This document shows, in pieces, positions 22,301 to 30,987 of a stretch of 64,000 nucleotides of DNA (its first letter is position 1; every line of letters begins with the position of its first letter). Location: IMG/VR virus record IMGVR_UViG_3300008261_000027, positions 32,001-96,000 of that record; one strand, given 5' to 3'. Under the pieces are notes generated by a model. The model was not told the origin of the DNA. It saw only the letters and a list, made by a program, of their open reading frames with translations, and searched no databases. Both the position numbers and the translations under genes were made by a program. Source of the DNA: a virus.

Positions 22301-24116
22301 TATTAACCTCATTAACTTTTAAATCATATGGGGGAAACCACATAACTCTACCACCATTCGCCCCTCTTTCACAGATTGGTAAATCCTCAACAGTGAAACC
22401 AGGCTTATTGGATGTTTTCCAAGAAAGGTTTTCAATAGAAAACATATATTTTTTTGCTTTACCAGTTAATGGATCTGCGGTAATTTGTTCGATATTTGTT
22501 GAGTTTTTAAAATCTCTATCTCCATTAGAAATAGGGGCAATATTTAAATTCCAAGGTGTTGATATTACGCTATCCTTAACACCTCTTATCAATCCAGTTC
22601 TTTTCATTGTGTCAGAATAGTTCATATAAGCCCTATCCTTTGTCCAAACTCTACAATATTCTGTACCGTCTTCTTTTCCTGTTATCTTGTTTACATATTT
22701 TATTGCAGAACCTCTTGAAATAAAACTATTACCTTCTTTAAAGATTCTACTAGTTTGGTCAATTACATTTCCAACATGAGATCTTGAAAGCGCACCATCC
22801 AATGGCATTGAGTTTAATAACTCTTGTGTTTTTGCTAAAATAGAATCTTGTCTAAATTCATTTCTAGTTGACACACTTTCTTCGAACTTAGATCTTTCAG
22901 ATTCAAATTCTAAATTATGTTCTCCAAGTTTATTTCTTGAATTTTTACTATACCAAGTTAACTTCCCAGATATTTGTCCACCTTCTGAAATATTTTTTTG
23001 ATTTGAAAATACATCACTTGCAACTGAATCAAATTTATAAGAAAGATAATATGGGCTTAATACCTTATTATCATTAAAGTCTTGTAAAATATTTAAAACA
23101 TTTTCACCTCTATCATCTCCAATATACGCATTACCTCTTGGTGCTTCTACACCAACTAAATTTTTTATTCCTTGAGCAATAGCATTTGGAAAATTAAACA
23201 ATTTACTTGATTGTTGTGATCTAGCAACTGTTGTATAATCTGGTTTATATGTTGAATATGATAAATTATCGTGTAGGATATCCTTTTGTCCGGACCCCAT
23301 ATATTCATACATGATGTCAGATGGTTTGCTAGATCTCTTTGGTCTTCTTTGTATACCAATTAAAGAACCTATTGCACCAGTAACATCTTGTAAAAATGCT
23401 CCAACAGCTGTTTTGGGTTCTGGTCTATAATTTATTGGATTAGCCGGATCGCTTAAATATTGTCCAGGAATTTCAGAAAATGGAAATTCTACTCCAGCAA
23501 CAGTTTGAACAAAATCAACAATCTTACCTGGAATAGATTTTGCAACAGTTACCTTATAGTTTTTTTCAACTAAATTTTCTTTACCTCTGATGATATTGAT
23601 TGCTGTTGCAGTATTTCCATTAATAGCATCTAATACCCTTAGTCTACCTAATGTTGCTGTTTGTAAATTTTGTCTAATTCTAGATTGTACTGGGCCGTCT
23701 GGGCTATCTTTCAAATATCTATTTGAAAACTGAGCTAATTTTGATTCAAATTCATAATTTTCTGAATTTAATGCCCCAATAAGACTTCTACCTAAAACAT
23801 CCTGTATTTGAAAATATGGGTATAATGCTAAATTACCAATTGCTGGTACTGTCTGAACATCTTCAATTATAACAAATTGTTTGTCGCTTTCTGGACCAAA
23901 TCTATTGATTGCATATGTATCTTTTAGTAATGATGCTCTATCATATCTATCATTAACAACAACATCACCATTATTTTTATTGGCTAAATTGTTTAGATTT
24001 TGTACTGAATAGGAAGTTTTACTAAAGGTCTGAGGACCATTAGGTGCTTGTAGTGTTTTAGATATTAAAGCATCTCTAAAACTTTTTGTGCTATCAAAAT
24101 TTAAATAATTTGGCAT
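19344..24116 (-). CDS. Large baseplate / tube-initiator-like protein with inserted OmpA-like segment
   Basis: 1590 aa; FLGRPEPIYTY..ERSGTVSFKVVVDHP and PPICVLRIGDFYHSKIVITNMNISFE resemble tube-initiator halves; YNILLSYRRSDSIVKYI resembles the OmpA C-terminal motif. Confidence 0.6.
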   Translation of the reverse strand: MPNYLNFDSTKSFRDALISKTLQAPNGPQTFSKTSYSVQNLNNLANKNNGDVVVNDRYDRASLLKDTYAINRFGPESDKQFVIIEDVQTVPAIGNLALYPYFQIQDVLGRSLIGALNSENYEFESKLAQFSNRYLKDSPDGPVQSRIRQNLQTATLGRLRVLDAINGNTATAINIIRGKENLVEKNYKVTVAKSIPGKIVDFVQTVAGVEFPFSEIPGQYLSDPANPINYRPEPKTAVGAFLQDVTGAIGSLIGIQRRPKRSSKPSDIMYEYMGSGQKDILHDNLSYSTYKPDYTTVARSQQSSKLFNFPNAIAQGIKNLVGVEAPRGNAYIGDDRGENVLNILQDFNDNKVLSPYYLSYKFDSVASDVFSNQKNISEGGQISGKLTWYSKNSRNKLGEHNLEFESERSKFEESVSTRNEFRQDSILAKTQELLNSMPLDGALSRSHVGNVIDQTSRIFKEGNSFISRGSAIKYVNKITGKEDGTEYCRVWTKDRAYMNYSDTMKRTGLIRGVKDSVISTPWNLNIAPISNGDRDFKNSTNIEQITADPLTGKAKKYMFSIENLSWKTSNKPGFTVEDLPICERGANGGRVMWFPPYDLKVNEVNTANWDSNKFLGRPEPIYTYKDTERSGTVSFKVVVDHPSILNLLIKDISDAEAENYLNAIFAGCEDIDFYTLVRKYTTLDRTDIELILSYLDYYKNGNTKDVTDLIAFNRIAGDVTVEKEVTTEDTLLPGTPIDKYKGKVFFPNDIPYPQSGLYADKDYDKVYEEYIAGKDNFLSVLDTQLNNILTINNSDNVLDREVIFGDKNPLSIPGTTLSSLKLKKRDEIIAGFNQLEADFSKLSQKLAEIKPLIEKNEIEDIQIYITSTTSFVHEEDYNILLSYRRSDSIVKYIIKNLSRLGEWPSSVPEKNYWKATPAQLEAGTTLESKEERTIPLKDLGYGDDINGSVKIYFTNKGENATINTEYDCNKNIIRNKGGLKLYAPVTFFCRAAELEIQTKTKMSTLPGTTIPGKTTIGPEKIEIVSDRIEKNRKPPLDIVKKIIMKTLSECFYFKKLEETDPVVFSSLKERLKYFHPAFHSTTPEGLNSRLTFLQQCLRPGDTIPIKGLGTNSSLNFDARNTSFGPPPICVLRIGDFYHSKIVITNMNISFENSTWDFNPEGIGMQPMVADVTLQINFIGGQGIKEPVAKLQNALSSNFYANTEIYDYRAESTVDQKELIEFNLDFLEKLYPKDTPNSPTSEVSPDSPINGNYIGAIDGGKLNYSNNIKSLIDNTNNYFKIFGQTYNELQKLFGPELLPLFISPTYRSINSVDAQNTTAATQISLLGRYKKGKDFINLFENFKKGFIDKVNSSDHNLILDLDMQPGSTKYVRSRKIIDPLILTYVTEFMGKIEENKNISALENARDLLIEDIDKLNFIMLTNGIDAKIETNTVTAQSLTNFQNTDFYEKYSDAFTLISTKHGIFTSELDSTFDFTSSSISDEAYKKVLSFILNDKIDAIKTEYTNSPDDDLFNENTVNKIGRRINKFIKNNLSDSKDKNFKYKEVKIKKEIEPYSFSAGTLTSGQEEVIKKIHNTKDFSTETRLNFSKATK

Positions 24117-24156
24117 CCTATTCTTTTACTTAATAAATAGATAAAATAAAAAAATA

Positions 24157-26106
24157 TTACGCAACAAACTCTTTCTTATTACCGAAAATGCTTTGTGCTA
24201 AATCTGATCTTAATCGTGGATTTTTATTTATTTCTGCAACAAATACCTCAGCCAATTCTGGGCTACTACTATTCAAATCAACTTTTACTGTTATACCCAT
24301 CTCTCTTAAGAATTCTTTACCTTTATCTATTAGAGGTTCAGCAATTGGTTGTATTTCTCTTTTTAACCTCTCATACATTTCAGGTAAATTAATTTCATCT
24401 GGGGCATTTATAACCTTTTCTTTCGCATTTTGAAAAAACTCCAACATTTCTGGACTTATGTATTTTTCTATTTCTTTCTGAATTTGATCTGGGCTCATGT
24501 TAACTTGTTTTCCAATTTCATTCGTAAATGTGTTAAACATTTCAGCACCACTTTGAGTTGTTGGATTTAATTTCTCCATAATCTCAGAAGTTCTTTTTAG
24601 TCCATCATAGTAAGCTTGGCCAAGTGGGCCTTTCCTTTGCCCTTCCAATATTTGTAAATAAATTGCTGTAGCAACATTAAGTATTTTTGTTGTTTCATTG
24701 AATTGGTTTCTTGCGATATCTATTGGTTTTTCATTATCTGCGCTCTCTTGTAATTTTTGTAATAAAACTACTTGATCATCAGATAAATCACTTAAACTAA
24801 CAAACCCATCTTGAATATTTGTTAACCCCATTTTATCGGTTATATTTTTTGGAATATCAAAACCAACTTTACCGTCCTTAATTGTTGCAATATTTGAAAC
24901 AAATTCCTTTTGGTCTTCAGTTAAACTAGGAAACATGTCAAGCTCACTCATTGCTTCAAATTTAGCAGCACCTTTAACCGCCATGTTTGTTAATTCTCCC
25001 ATTGATATGCCAAGTGCTTCTGCCATTGCTTTTGCTCTTCTCAAGTTAGCACCAGTAACTTCAAATCTACCTTGTTCTGCGTTATATGTTGCTAAACTTC
25101 TAGCGGCCCCAATAATACTTGTTTGTAAAGATTCAACGTTATTAGTTGCATCATACATTAGTTTAATGGGATCTGCTAAATCACCAACAGCACCTCCAAC
25201 AACCTGTAAATTAGCTGATAAATTAATAGCTTTATCGGGATCAAATAAATCATCAGCAACTCTAAAAATTTCATCCATATTGATTTTTAAAGATTGCGCT
25301 TCTTGAACCATTTTACCTAACCCTTTTATACCATTTTGGAAACCGTATTTGTTTAAATTACCTATTTGTTTTACTAATTCTTCTGAAGTGGCTTTTGCAC
25401 TTAATCCTAGAGCTACAGATCTTGAACCTATTTCTGTTATAGATTTTGCTGCACCATCTAAACCAATACCAACATTTCTAAAATTTTCAACATTTTCTAA
25501 TATTTTTCCTGAACTTGTTGTAAACGCTAAAGATGCAACCATGGCATCAGAAATGGTTTGTTGATTATAAATTGACATTCTTTCCGAAGCCTTCATCATA
25601 GATTCTGAAGCTTCAAGAGTTTCATTCGTAGCAACACCATATTGTTGTGCGTCATACATCGCAAGTCTAATCGACTCGCCCATTCCTGTAGCAATAGCCC
25701 CAACATATCCACCAGCGCCCCTAGTTCTTTCAATAAGTTCTTTGTCAATAGTTGCAACATCTTTCAATATTGCCTCAGTACCCCTTAATAAGCCATCAAA
25801 TATTCCAGAAGCGATTTTAAGAGGGTTGAGACTTGCACTGTTTTTTATTGCATCTATTATTTTTGTACCAGTATCAGTACTAATTCTACCTATTTTACCA
25901 ACTTGTTGGTCTATAAATCCAGCTCCTAATGCCGCAGCAAGAGAACTTGATGAAGAAGACGAAGAAGATGAAGATGAGGACGTGGCGCTTCTACGAACTT
26001 CATTTAATGCTTGTTCATATCTATTAGCCGCTTGAGTTGCATCGCCAGGCTCAACACCTAGCGTTCTGGTTAAATAGTCGTAAAATTGTGATTTAGAATC
26101 TGCCAT
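24157..26106 (-). CDS. Putative tape measure protein
   Basis: 649 aa Ala/Gly-rich helical protein after tube and chaperone genes and before baseplate genes; poly-Ser tract near the N-terminus. Confidence 0.65.
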   Translation of the reverse strand: MADSKSQFYDYLTRTLGVEPGDATQAANRYEQALNEVRRSATSSSSSSSSSSSSSLAAALGAGFIDQQVGKIGRISTDTGTKIIDAIKNSASLNPLKIASGIFDGLLRGTEAILKDVATIDKELIERTRGAGGYVGAIATGMGESIRLAMYDAQQYGVATNETLEASESMMKASERMSIYNQQTISDAMVASLAFTTSSGKILENVENFRNVGIGLDGAAKSITEIGSRSVALGLSAKATSEELVKQIGNLNKYGFQNGIKGLGKMVQEAQSLKINMDEIFRVADDLFDPDKAINLSANLQVVGGAVGDLADPIKLMYDATNNVESLQTSIIGAARSLATYNAEQGRFEVTGANLRRAKAMAEALGISMGELTNMAVKGAAKFEAMSELDMFPSLTEDQKEFVSNIATIKDGKVGFDIPKNITDKMGLTNIQDGFVSLSDLSDDQVVLLQKLQESADNEKPIDIARNQFNETTKILNVATAIYLQILEGQRKGPLGQAYYDGLKRTSEIMEKLNPTTQSGAEMFNTFTNEIGKQVNMSPDQIQKEIEKYISPEMLEFFQNAKEKVINAPDEINLPEMYERLKREIQPIAEPLIDKGKEFLREMGITVKVDLNSSSPELAEVFVAEINKNPRLRSDLAQSIFGNKKEFVA

Positions 26107-26137
26107 TATATAATAGTATATCTAATAAATAGCTTTA

Positions 26138-26269
26138 TCAACTATTTTCTATTAAAGCAGTTATAATGTTATTTCTTTCGTGAATTGGTAATATTAAAAT
26201 ATCCCTATATGTAAACCCCTTACTTAAAAGAAAAAGTATCGCATCTATTTGATGCTTTTTATATACCAT
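26138..26269 (-). CDS. Small tail chaperone extension / gp51-like ORF (43 aa), possibly reached by frameshift
   Basis: Not in ORF track. MVYKKHQIDAILFLLSKGFTYRDILILPIHERNNIITALIENS; overlaps the end of the upstream gene in its +1 frame. Confidence 0.65.
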   Translation of the reverse strand: MVYKKHQIDAILFLLSKGFTYRDILILPIHERNNIITALIENS

Positions 26270-26999
26270 AGAAGGGACGAAAAAATTCCACCCCAAAGTC
26301 AACCATTACTGGGACTTTTTCTCCTGACGGGGCGATTACATCAACTATTAGGTCTAAACCTGGTTTATTTTGAGATACAAATTTTTTAAATTCTTGAGAA
26401 TCTTTAATTGGTAAATTTTGAATAAACTGATATATCGCCATTTGGTCCCTCTGGCCATCAACAGACTTAATCATCATTTCAAGTCTTTTTGTGTTTATTG
26501 GTATAACAGCATTTGTTCCAGATTCTTTAATACTTTGTAATTCTTTTTCTTGTGTATTTGTTAAAAATTTAAATGTCACATTTTTTTTAGTAATAGGTAA
26601 CAAAAAAGTATATTCACCATTTGAGTCTTTTTCTAACTTGAAGTCTTTAACCTTCAATACAGATAAATCTAATTGGGCATCGAATTGTTTTTTAGTTACT
26701 GGATCTGTTAAGCTTACAGTATATTCACTACCAAATGCTGTATTTCTTAAAAATATTAAAATAGCTTGCTTATCCTCTTCAACCAAATCATCTAAAGAAA
26801 TTTCTTTATCTAAGATTTTTCTTCTTAATAGTTCTTCAATAACTGTTTCAGATTGAATCAAATTTGGAGACATTAAGATATTTTCATCAGCAGCGGTTAG
26901 GTACGCTACTCTTAATGATTTTTTTCCATTTGAATAATGTATTCCCTGAGAAGGTAGCTGAACGACATCGTATGATATTGTTGGGTCAAAATTGTCCAT
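26259..26999 (-). CDS. Baseplate hub / tail assembly chaperone (T4 gp26-like)
   Basis: VVQLPSQG, YLTAADENIL, DKQAILIFLRNTAFG; lies between tube and tape measure genes. Confidence 0.75.
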   Translation of the reverse strand: MDNFDPTISYDVVQLPSQGIHYSNGKKSLRVAYLTAADENILMSPNLIQSETVIEELLRRKILDKEISLDDLVEEDKQAILIFLRNTAFGSEYTVSLTDPVTKKQFDAQLDLSVLKVKDFKLEKDSNGEYTFLLPITKKNVTFKFLTNTQEKELQSIKESGTNAVIPINTKRLEMMIKSVDGQRDQMAIYQFIQNLPIKDSQEFKKFVSQNKPGLDLIVDVIAPSGEKVPVMVDFGVEFFRPFYGI

Positions 27000-27057
27000 G
27001 TTGTATAATTTGTTTTATAAAATATAAGTATAATTTATTTAAAAATCAATAAAACAT

Positions 27058-27074
27058 TGTTCCACGTGGAAACA
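27058..27074. other. parS-like palindrome
   Basis: TGTTCCACGTGGAAACA; first 14 nt match the parS variant TGTTCCACGTGGAACA; intergenic. Confidence 0.5.
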
Positions 27075-27104
27075 TGGTTATAACTAATTGAAAATCAATT
27101 AAAT

Positions 27105-27135
27105 AAAAAACCCACCTCTTAGAAAGAGATGGGTT
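27105..27135 (-). terminator. Intrinsic terminator after tail tube gene
   Basis: Minus strand AACCCATCTCTT-loop-AAGAGGTGGGTT followed by a T-tract. Confidence 0.8.
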
Positions 27136-27159
27136 GGTAAAAAATATAAATTTAAAAAA

Positions 27160-27648
27160 TTAATAAACTTGAATACATCTATCCATTCTTAATGAAGCAT
27201 CAATTGAAGCTAAAGCATCTTCAGAATAGTTCAATTCACCAAAGTTTAAGCTACTTAAGAAACAACCTTCTAAAATCCACTTTTCAACCACAACTCCGGT
27301 TGGGTCTAACATTTCAAGTTCTACGTTTTTCTTATATCCAGCTGCATAACCCATTCTACCTGTTACAGATTCAGCATGTAAACGGAACCATTCCATCAAT
27401 GCTTGCGAAGCAGATGGACCAATTGGGTCTTTAAATGTAACTTTGATCTCTTCCCAAGTAAATCTACCAGCAACATAGGTTGACGTGTTTAAAAACGGAA
27501 TTTCTGTTGCATTGATTTTAGCACTTGGTCTAGAGGTAGATGTTACATACCACTCATTGATACCCAAAGAAGACGGGAATCTAAGTATAAATCTATTTTT
27601 TCTTTTCGGTTCATATGGAACCGGCATTTTCATTAGTAAATCTGCCAT
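27160..27648 (-). CDS. Tail tube protein (T4 gp19-like)
   Basis: EPKRKNRF, YVAGRFTWEEIKVTFKDPI, YKKNVELEMLDPTG..VEKWILEG; directly after the sheath gene. Confidence 0.92.
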   Translation of the reverse strand: MADLLMKMPVPYEPKRKNRFILRFPSSLGINEWYVTSTSRPSAKINATEIPFLNTSTYVAGRFTWEEIKVTFKDPIGPSASQALMEWFRLHAESVTGRMGYAAGYKKNVELEMLDPTGVVVEKWILEGCFLSSLNFGELNYSEDALASIDASLRMDRCIQVY

Positions 27649-27713
27649 TGTATTTGAATTATGTTTTTTCTTTTATTCTCTTTATAAATATTGTCAAATA
27701 TTTTTTTTAATTA

Positions 27714-27745
27714 TTTGACTTTGTCATTTTTTTTCCTTAGCTTTT
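27714..27745 (+). promoter_or_regulatory. Possible antisense promoter pointing into the 8-nt repeat array
   Basis: TTGACT-N17-TAGCTT (sigma70-like); also TTTG-N20-TAGCTTTT, one mismatch from the Bacteroidota TAnnTTTG element. Confidence 0.35.
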
Positions 27746-27754
27746 TGCAAGTAG

Positions 27755-27841
27755 TATACTAGTTTACTAAAATACTAAATAACTAATCTACTAAAATACT
27801 AAATTTCTAATATACTAATTAACTAAGTTCTAATATTCTAA
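27755..27841. repeat. Tandem array of 11 degenerate 8-nt units NNNNCTA(A/G)
   Basis: tatactag tttactaa aatactaa ataactaa tctactaa aatactaa atttctaa tatactaa ttaactaa gttctaa tattctaa (one unit is 7 nt). Confidence 0.9.
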
Positions 27842-27858
27842 TTACAAATTTTTATTTT

Positions 27859-27887
27859 GGGTGAGCTGTTTCCAACTCACCCTTTTT
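27859..27887. terminator. Hairpin after sheath gene, orientation ambiguous
   Basis: Minus strand GGGUGAGUUG-GAAA-CAGCUCACCC has no U-tract after it; the plus strand has the T5 tract but one C-A mismatch. Confidence 0.6.
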
Positions 27888-27888
27888 A

Positions 27889-30702
27889 TTAAATATTTTC
27901 AAAAGAAGCTCCAGTTGGAGTTATGATAAACTCAACATCAATGAATTCTAATGCTCTTGTTGGTTTAACATAAATCTTACCTCTCAATGTGTTAGCATCG
28001 ATGTCTTCTGGATCATTAGATACCGTTACACGGAAATCAAACAAACCTCTTTCTTTCTTTATTGATTCAAGAATTGGATTAACCAATCTTAAGAATTCTT
28101 GTCTTACTTGTTCATCGTTTTGTTCAAACAATAATCTCACAGCAACAGCAGAAATTAACTTTCTTGCTCTCAATAGCAATCTTCTTACGTTGATTCTATC
28201 AAGTGCTGATTCTCTAACTTGAAGTGTTTTATTACCCCAGATAATTGTACCTGTATCAGAGAATGTTGCAATTGGGTTAATTCTTGCTTTGTAAAGACTA
28301 TCTCTTTCGTCCAAAGTAAGTTTCTTTTGTGCTTTGATAGCATTAACTAAACCTCTTGAATAACCTGCTGGAGCGAACCATGGATAAGAAACGTTATCTG
28401 TTAATGCGATATTTTTCAAAACCTCACCTGTTGGTGGTATGAAAAGTTGTGTTGCATTATCAGTATCTCTTACTTGAATCCAAGGCCAGTAAGTTGCTGA
28501 GTAGTTAGAATCAAACCCTAAATCTTCCAAACCTCCGATTGCCTCATCAGCTGTAGTGAAATTAGGAGAGTTGATCACATATAACGAGTCGGCTCTATCA
28601 TTTTCAATAATATCAACTGCTTGTGTTACCAAAGAACTGTTGTTGTACCAATCAATACCTGGTGTTGCAAATAAGTTAATATCAACTGCTTCTGGATTAG
28701 CAAATGTTTCAATACCTGCTAAGTAAGCATAGTAATCTGAATTACCCACCTGTGCATTAAACACACCTGCGTTTACACCGGCAGTGTATGTTGTTTTACC
28801 AAAAATATAAGAATCACCATATGTTCTTGTATTTCTGTAAATATCCCAACCATCAAATCCGCCAAATACTGGCATTGTAAATTTACGGTTTGCAACTGTG
28901 TTCAATTTACCTTTATCAGTACCTTCTAAATTATATGCTGTTGTTTTATACAAATAGTTACCTGTTGATCCAGTAATTGTTGAAGCATTTGTCGATAAGT
29001 GGAATCCAAATGTCGCTTGTGATGCTCCAGTTCCTTTAAACTTCAACATATCTCTATCATATTCAAAATGATCACTTGTTGAAAAACCTAAAGTTACCTT
29101 TCTAACTTTATCACCGTTTGTTGTTACTGCAGCTCCGCTAGCAGCATAATATAATGTGTCTCCAGCATCATAGTATTTTGTTTTGAAGGTCACACCACCA
29201 ATATTATTAGTTGTTGTAAATCCTTTAAAACCAGCAGGAACAGCGTCTGTTGGATGGTCTGAAGCCATAACCAACATAATATGTTTAGATCTTAATTCAT
29301 ATTCTCCATCAGATGTACCAACTTTTCTAGCGATATATCCAGGTACATCTGGATTCATTGAACATCTAGTAAATTTCTCTAATACAACTTGATTTTCATC
29401 AGTATCATTGAAATCTCTAACAATAAGATCAAATTCACCAGTTTCCAAATCAATATTTTGAATTGTAACTTTAACATTGAAGTTAGATGCTTCGCCATCT
29501 GATATTGTTAAAATATTAAATAAATCAGAAACAATACCACCTCTAACTTCAGAAACAACTGTTGAAGAAGCCGCAGTATCCCATTGAGTTGTGAAATTAT
29601 CATCATCGTCAACAACAACTTCTGTGGTACTTAAACCTCTAATCAATCCTTGCTCAAATAAGTTTGCAACTAAATTAGGATATGCTTCATGAACATAAAC
29701 TGGGAAAGCCAATTTATCTTTATCAAAAACATCACTACCAATAACTTTTGTTACATATTTTGTTGAGCTTGAATCTAATGAACAATTAAACGTTTTCACA
29801 TTAGAATCAATATCAGTTACTGATAATGTAAAATCTGATAGTGGGTTTACATCAATTGATGTACCTGTAATTTGTACAGCTGTACTTCCCGTAACTCTTT
29901 GTGTTAAAACCTCAGAAGCATAAGAGCCTCTTGATCTTAAAGCTAATACAACCTTATCGGCATAATCCTGATTTAAAGATGCACTATATTTGAATCTTGT
30001 TACTGTAAATTCTGTAGTACCGGTTGAATACACAAACAAATATGAGTACACACCATCAATTGTTGAATCAGTTGCGCCTGTTTTTGTAAAATATGTATTG
30101 TACCAGTTTTTATTATTGTTTGATCCGATTGGTGACGAAAGTTGTGTACCCGTTAATGAACTGGTTGAACTGGTTGGAACTTGTCCAATTGTAAACCAGT
30201 TATTGTGACTATAGGTTCTTCCAGATATAAATGATACAACAGAAGTACCTTCTGTAGATGTCTTTCCTGTTAAATCAGAATAGAAATCGCCATTAGCCAT
30301 ATCTGTAGGATCAATTGTTCCACCTGTTGATGTTGGTGTTGCATTTAAATTTACTGATACCCCACCTAATGTTTTGATTCCATATGTGTTACCGGCCATA
30401 TAGCCAGTTAAACCAAGTACTCTTGTTACGAACAATTGATTTGATTCTTGCAAATATGATTTTGCAACATATGGTAATTCATATTTAGGGTTACCAGCAC
30501 CGTCTTTTGTTGGTGATGTACCTCCAAAATATGTTTTAAATTCGTCAAAGTTAGAAATTAGTATAGGTTCAAACGCTGGTCCTTTTAAAGTCTCGCCAAC
30601 TAAACCAAGTGTCGTAACTCCAACACTCTGTGCCACGAATGATAAATCTTTCTCTGATGTATATACACCCGGAGAAACGAAAATTCTGTTTGAATTTGCC
30701 AT
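27889..30702 (-). CDS. Tail sheath protein (T4 gp18-like)
   Basis: FVSPGVYTSEKD, YSATYWPW, PWFAPAGYSRG, WGNKTLQ, LDRINVRRLL, FEQND, KPTRALEFI. Confidence 0.97.
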   Translation of the reverse strand: MANSNRIFVSPGVYTSEKDLSFVAQSVGVTTLGLVGETLKGPAFEPILISNFDEFKTYFGGTSPTKDGAGNPKYELPYVAKSYLQESNQLFVTRVLGLTGYMAGNTYGIKTLGGVSVNLNATPTSTGGTIDPTDMANGDFYSDLTGKTSTEGTSVVSFISGRTYSHNNWFTIGQVPTSSTSSLTGTQLSSPIGSNNNKNWYNTYFTKTGATDSTIDGVYSYLFVYSTGTTEFTVTRFKYSASLNQDYADKVVLALRSRGSYASEVLTQRVTGSTAVQITGTSIDVNPLSDFTLSVTDIDSNVKTFNCSLDSSSTKYVTKVIGSDVFDKDKLAFPVYVHEAYPNLVANLFEQGLIRGLSTTEVVVDDDDNFTTQWDTAASSTVVSEVRGGIVSDLFNILTISDGEASNFNVKVTIQNIDLETGEFDLIVRDFNDTDENQVVLEKFTRCSMNPDVPGYIARKVGTSDGEYELRSKHIMLVMASDHPTDAVPAGFKGFTTTNNIGGVTFKTKYYDAGDTLYYAASGAAVTTNGDKVRKVTLGFSTSDHFEYDRDMLKFKGTGASQATFGFHLSTNASTITGSTGNYLYKTTAYNLEGTDKGKLNTVANRKFTMPVFGGFDGWDIYRNTRTYGDSYIFGKTTYTAGVNAGVFNAQVGNSDYYAYLAGIETFANPEAVDINLFATPGIDWYNNSSLVTQAVDIIENDRADSLYVINSPNFTTADEAIGGLEDLGFDSNYSATYWPWIQVRDTDNATQLFIPPTGEVLKNIALTDNVSYPWFAPAGYSRGLVNAIKAQKKLTLDERDSLYKARINPIATFSDTGTIIWGNKTLQVRESALDRINVRRLLLRARKLISAVAVRLLFEQNDEQVRQEFLRLVNPILESIKKERGLFDFRVTVSNDPEDIDANTLRGKIYVKPTRALEFIDVEFIITPTGASFENI

Positions 30703-30828
30703 TGATAAATGTTTGGTTAAAAATTTTTATTCTTATCAAATAAATATCTTTGTTTTTAGCAAAGATTTCCTCAATTTTTTGTATTTAGATAGTATTTTAT
30801 CCTTTTTTATCTTTATTTATACTTTAGT

Positions 30829-30987
30829 ATGGAAAACAATAACAAAAACATAAAAATCAGTGAAAAACATCATGAAATGTTAAAAAAGCACTGTGAAAAA
30901 AACGGATTAAAAATCTATAAATTTATTGAGAAGTTGATTGAAGCAAACTGCAAAATCAAAAAAACAGATTTATATGATGAAGATTAA
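30829..30987 (+). CDS. Small ribbon-helix-helix-like DNA-binding protein (52 aa)
   Basis: Not in ORF track. MENNNKNIKISEKHHEMLKKHCEKNGLKIYKFIEKLIEANCKIKKTDLYDED; KNIKIS strand followed by two helices; divergent from the sheath gene. Confidence 0.7.
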   Translation: MENNNKNIKISEKHHEMLKKHCEKNGLKIYKFIEKLIEANCKIKKTDLYDED

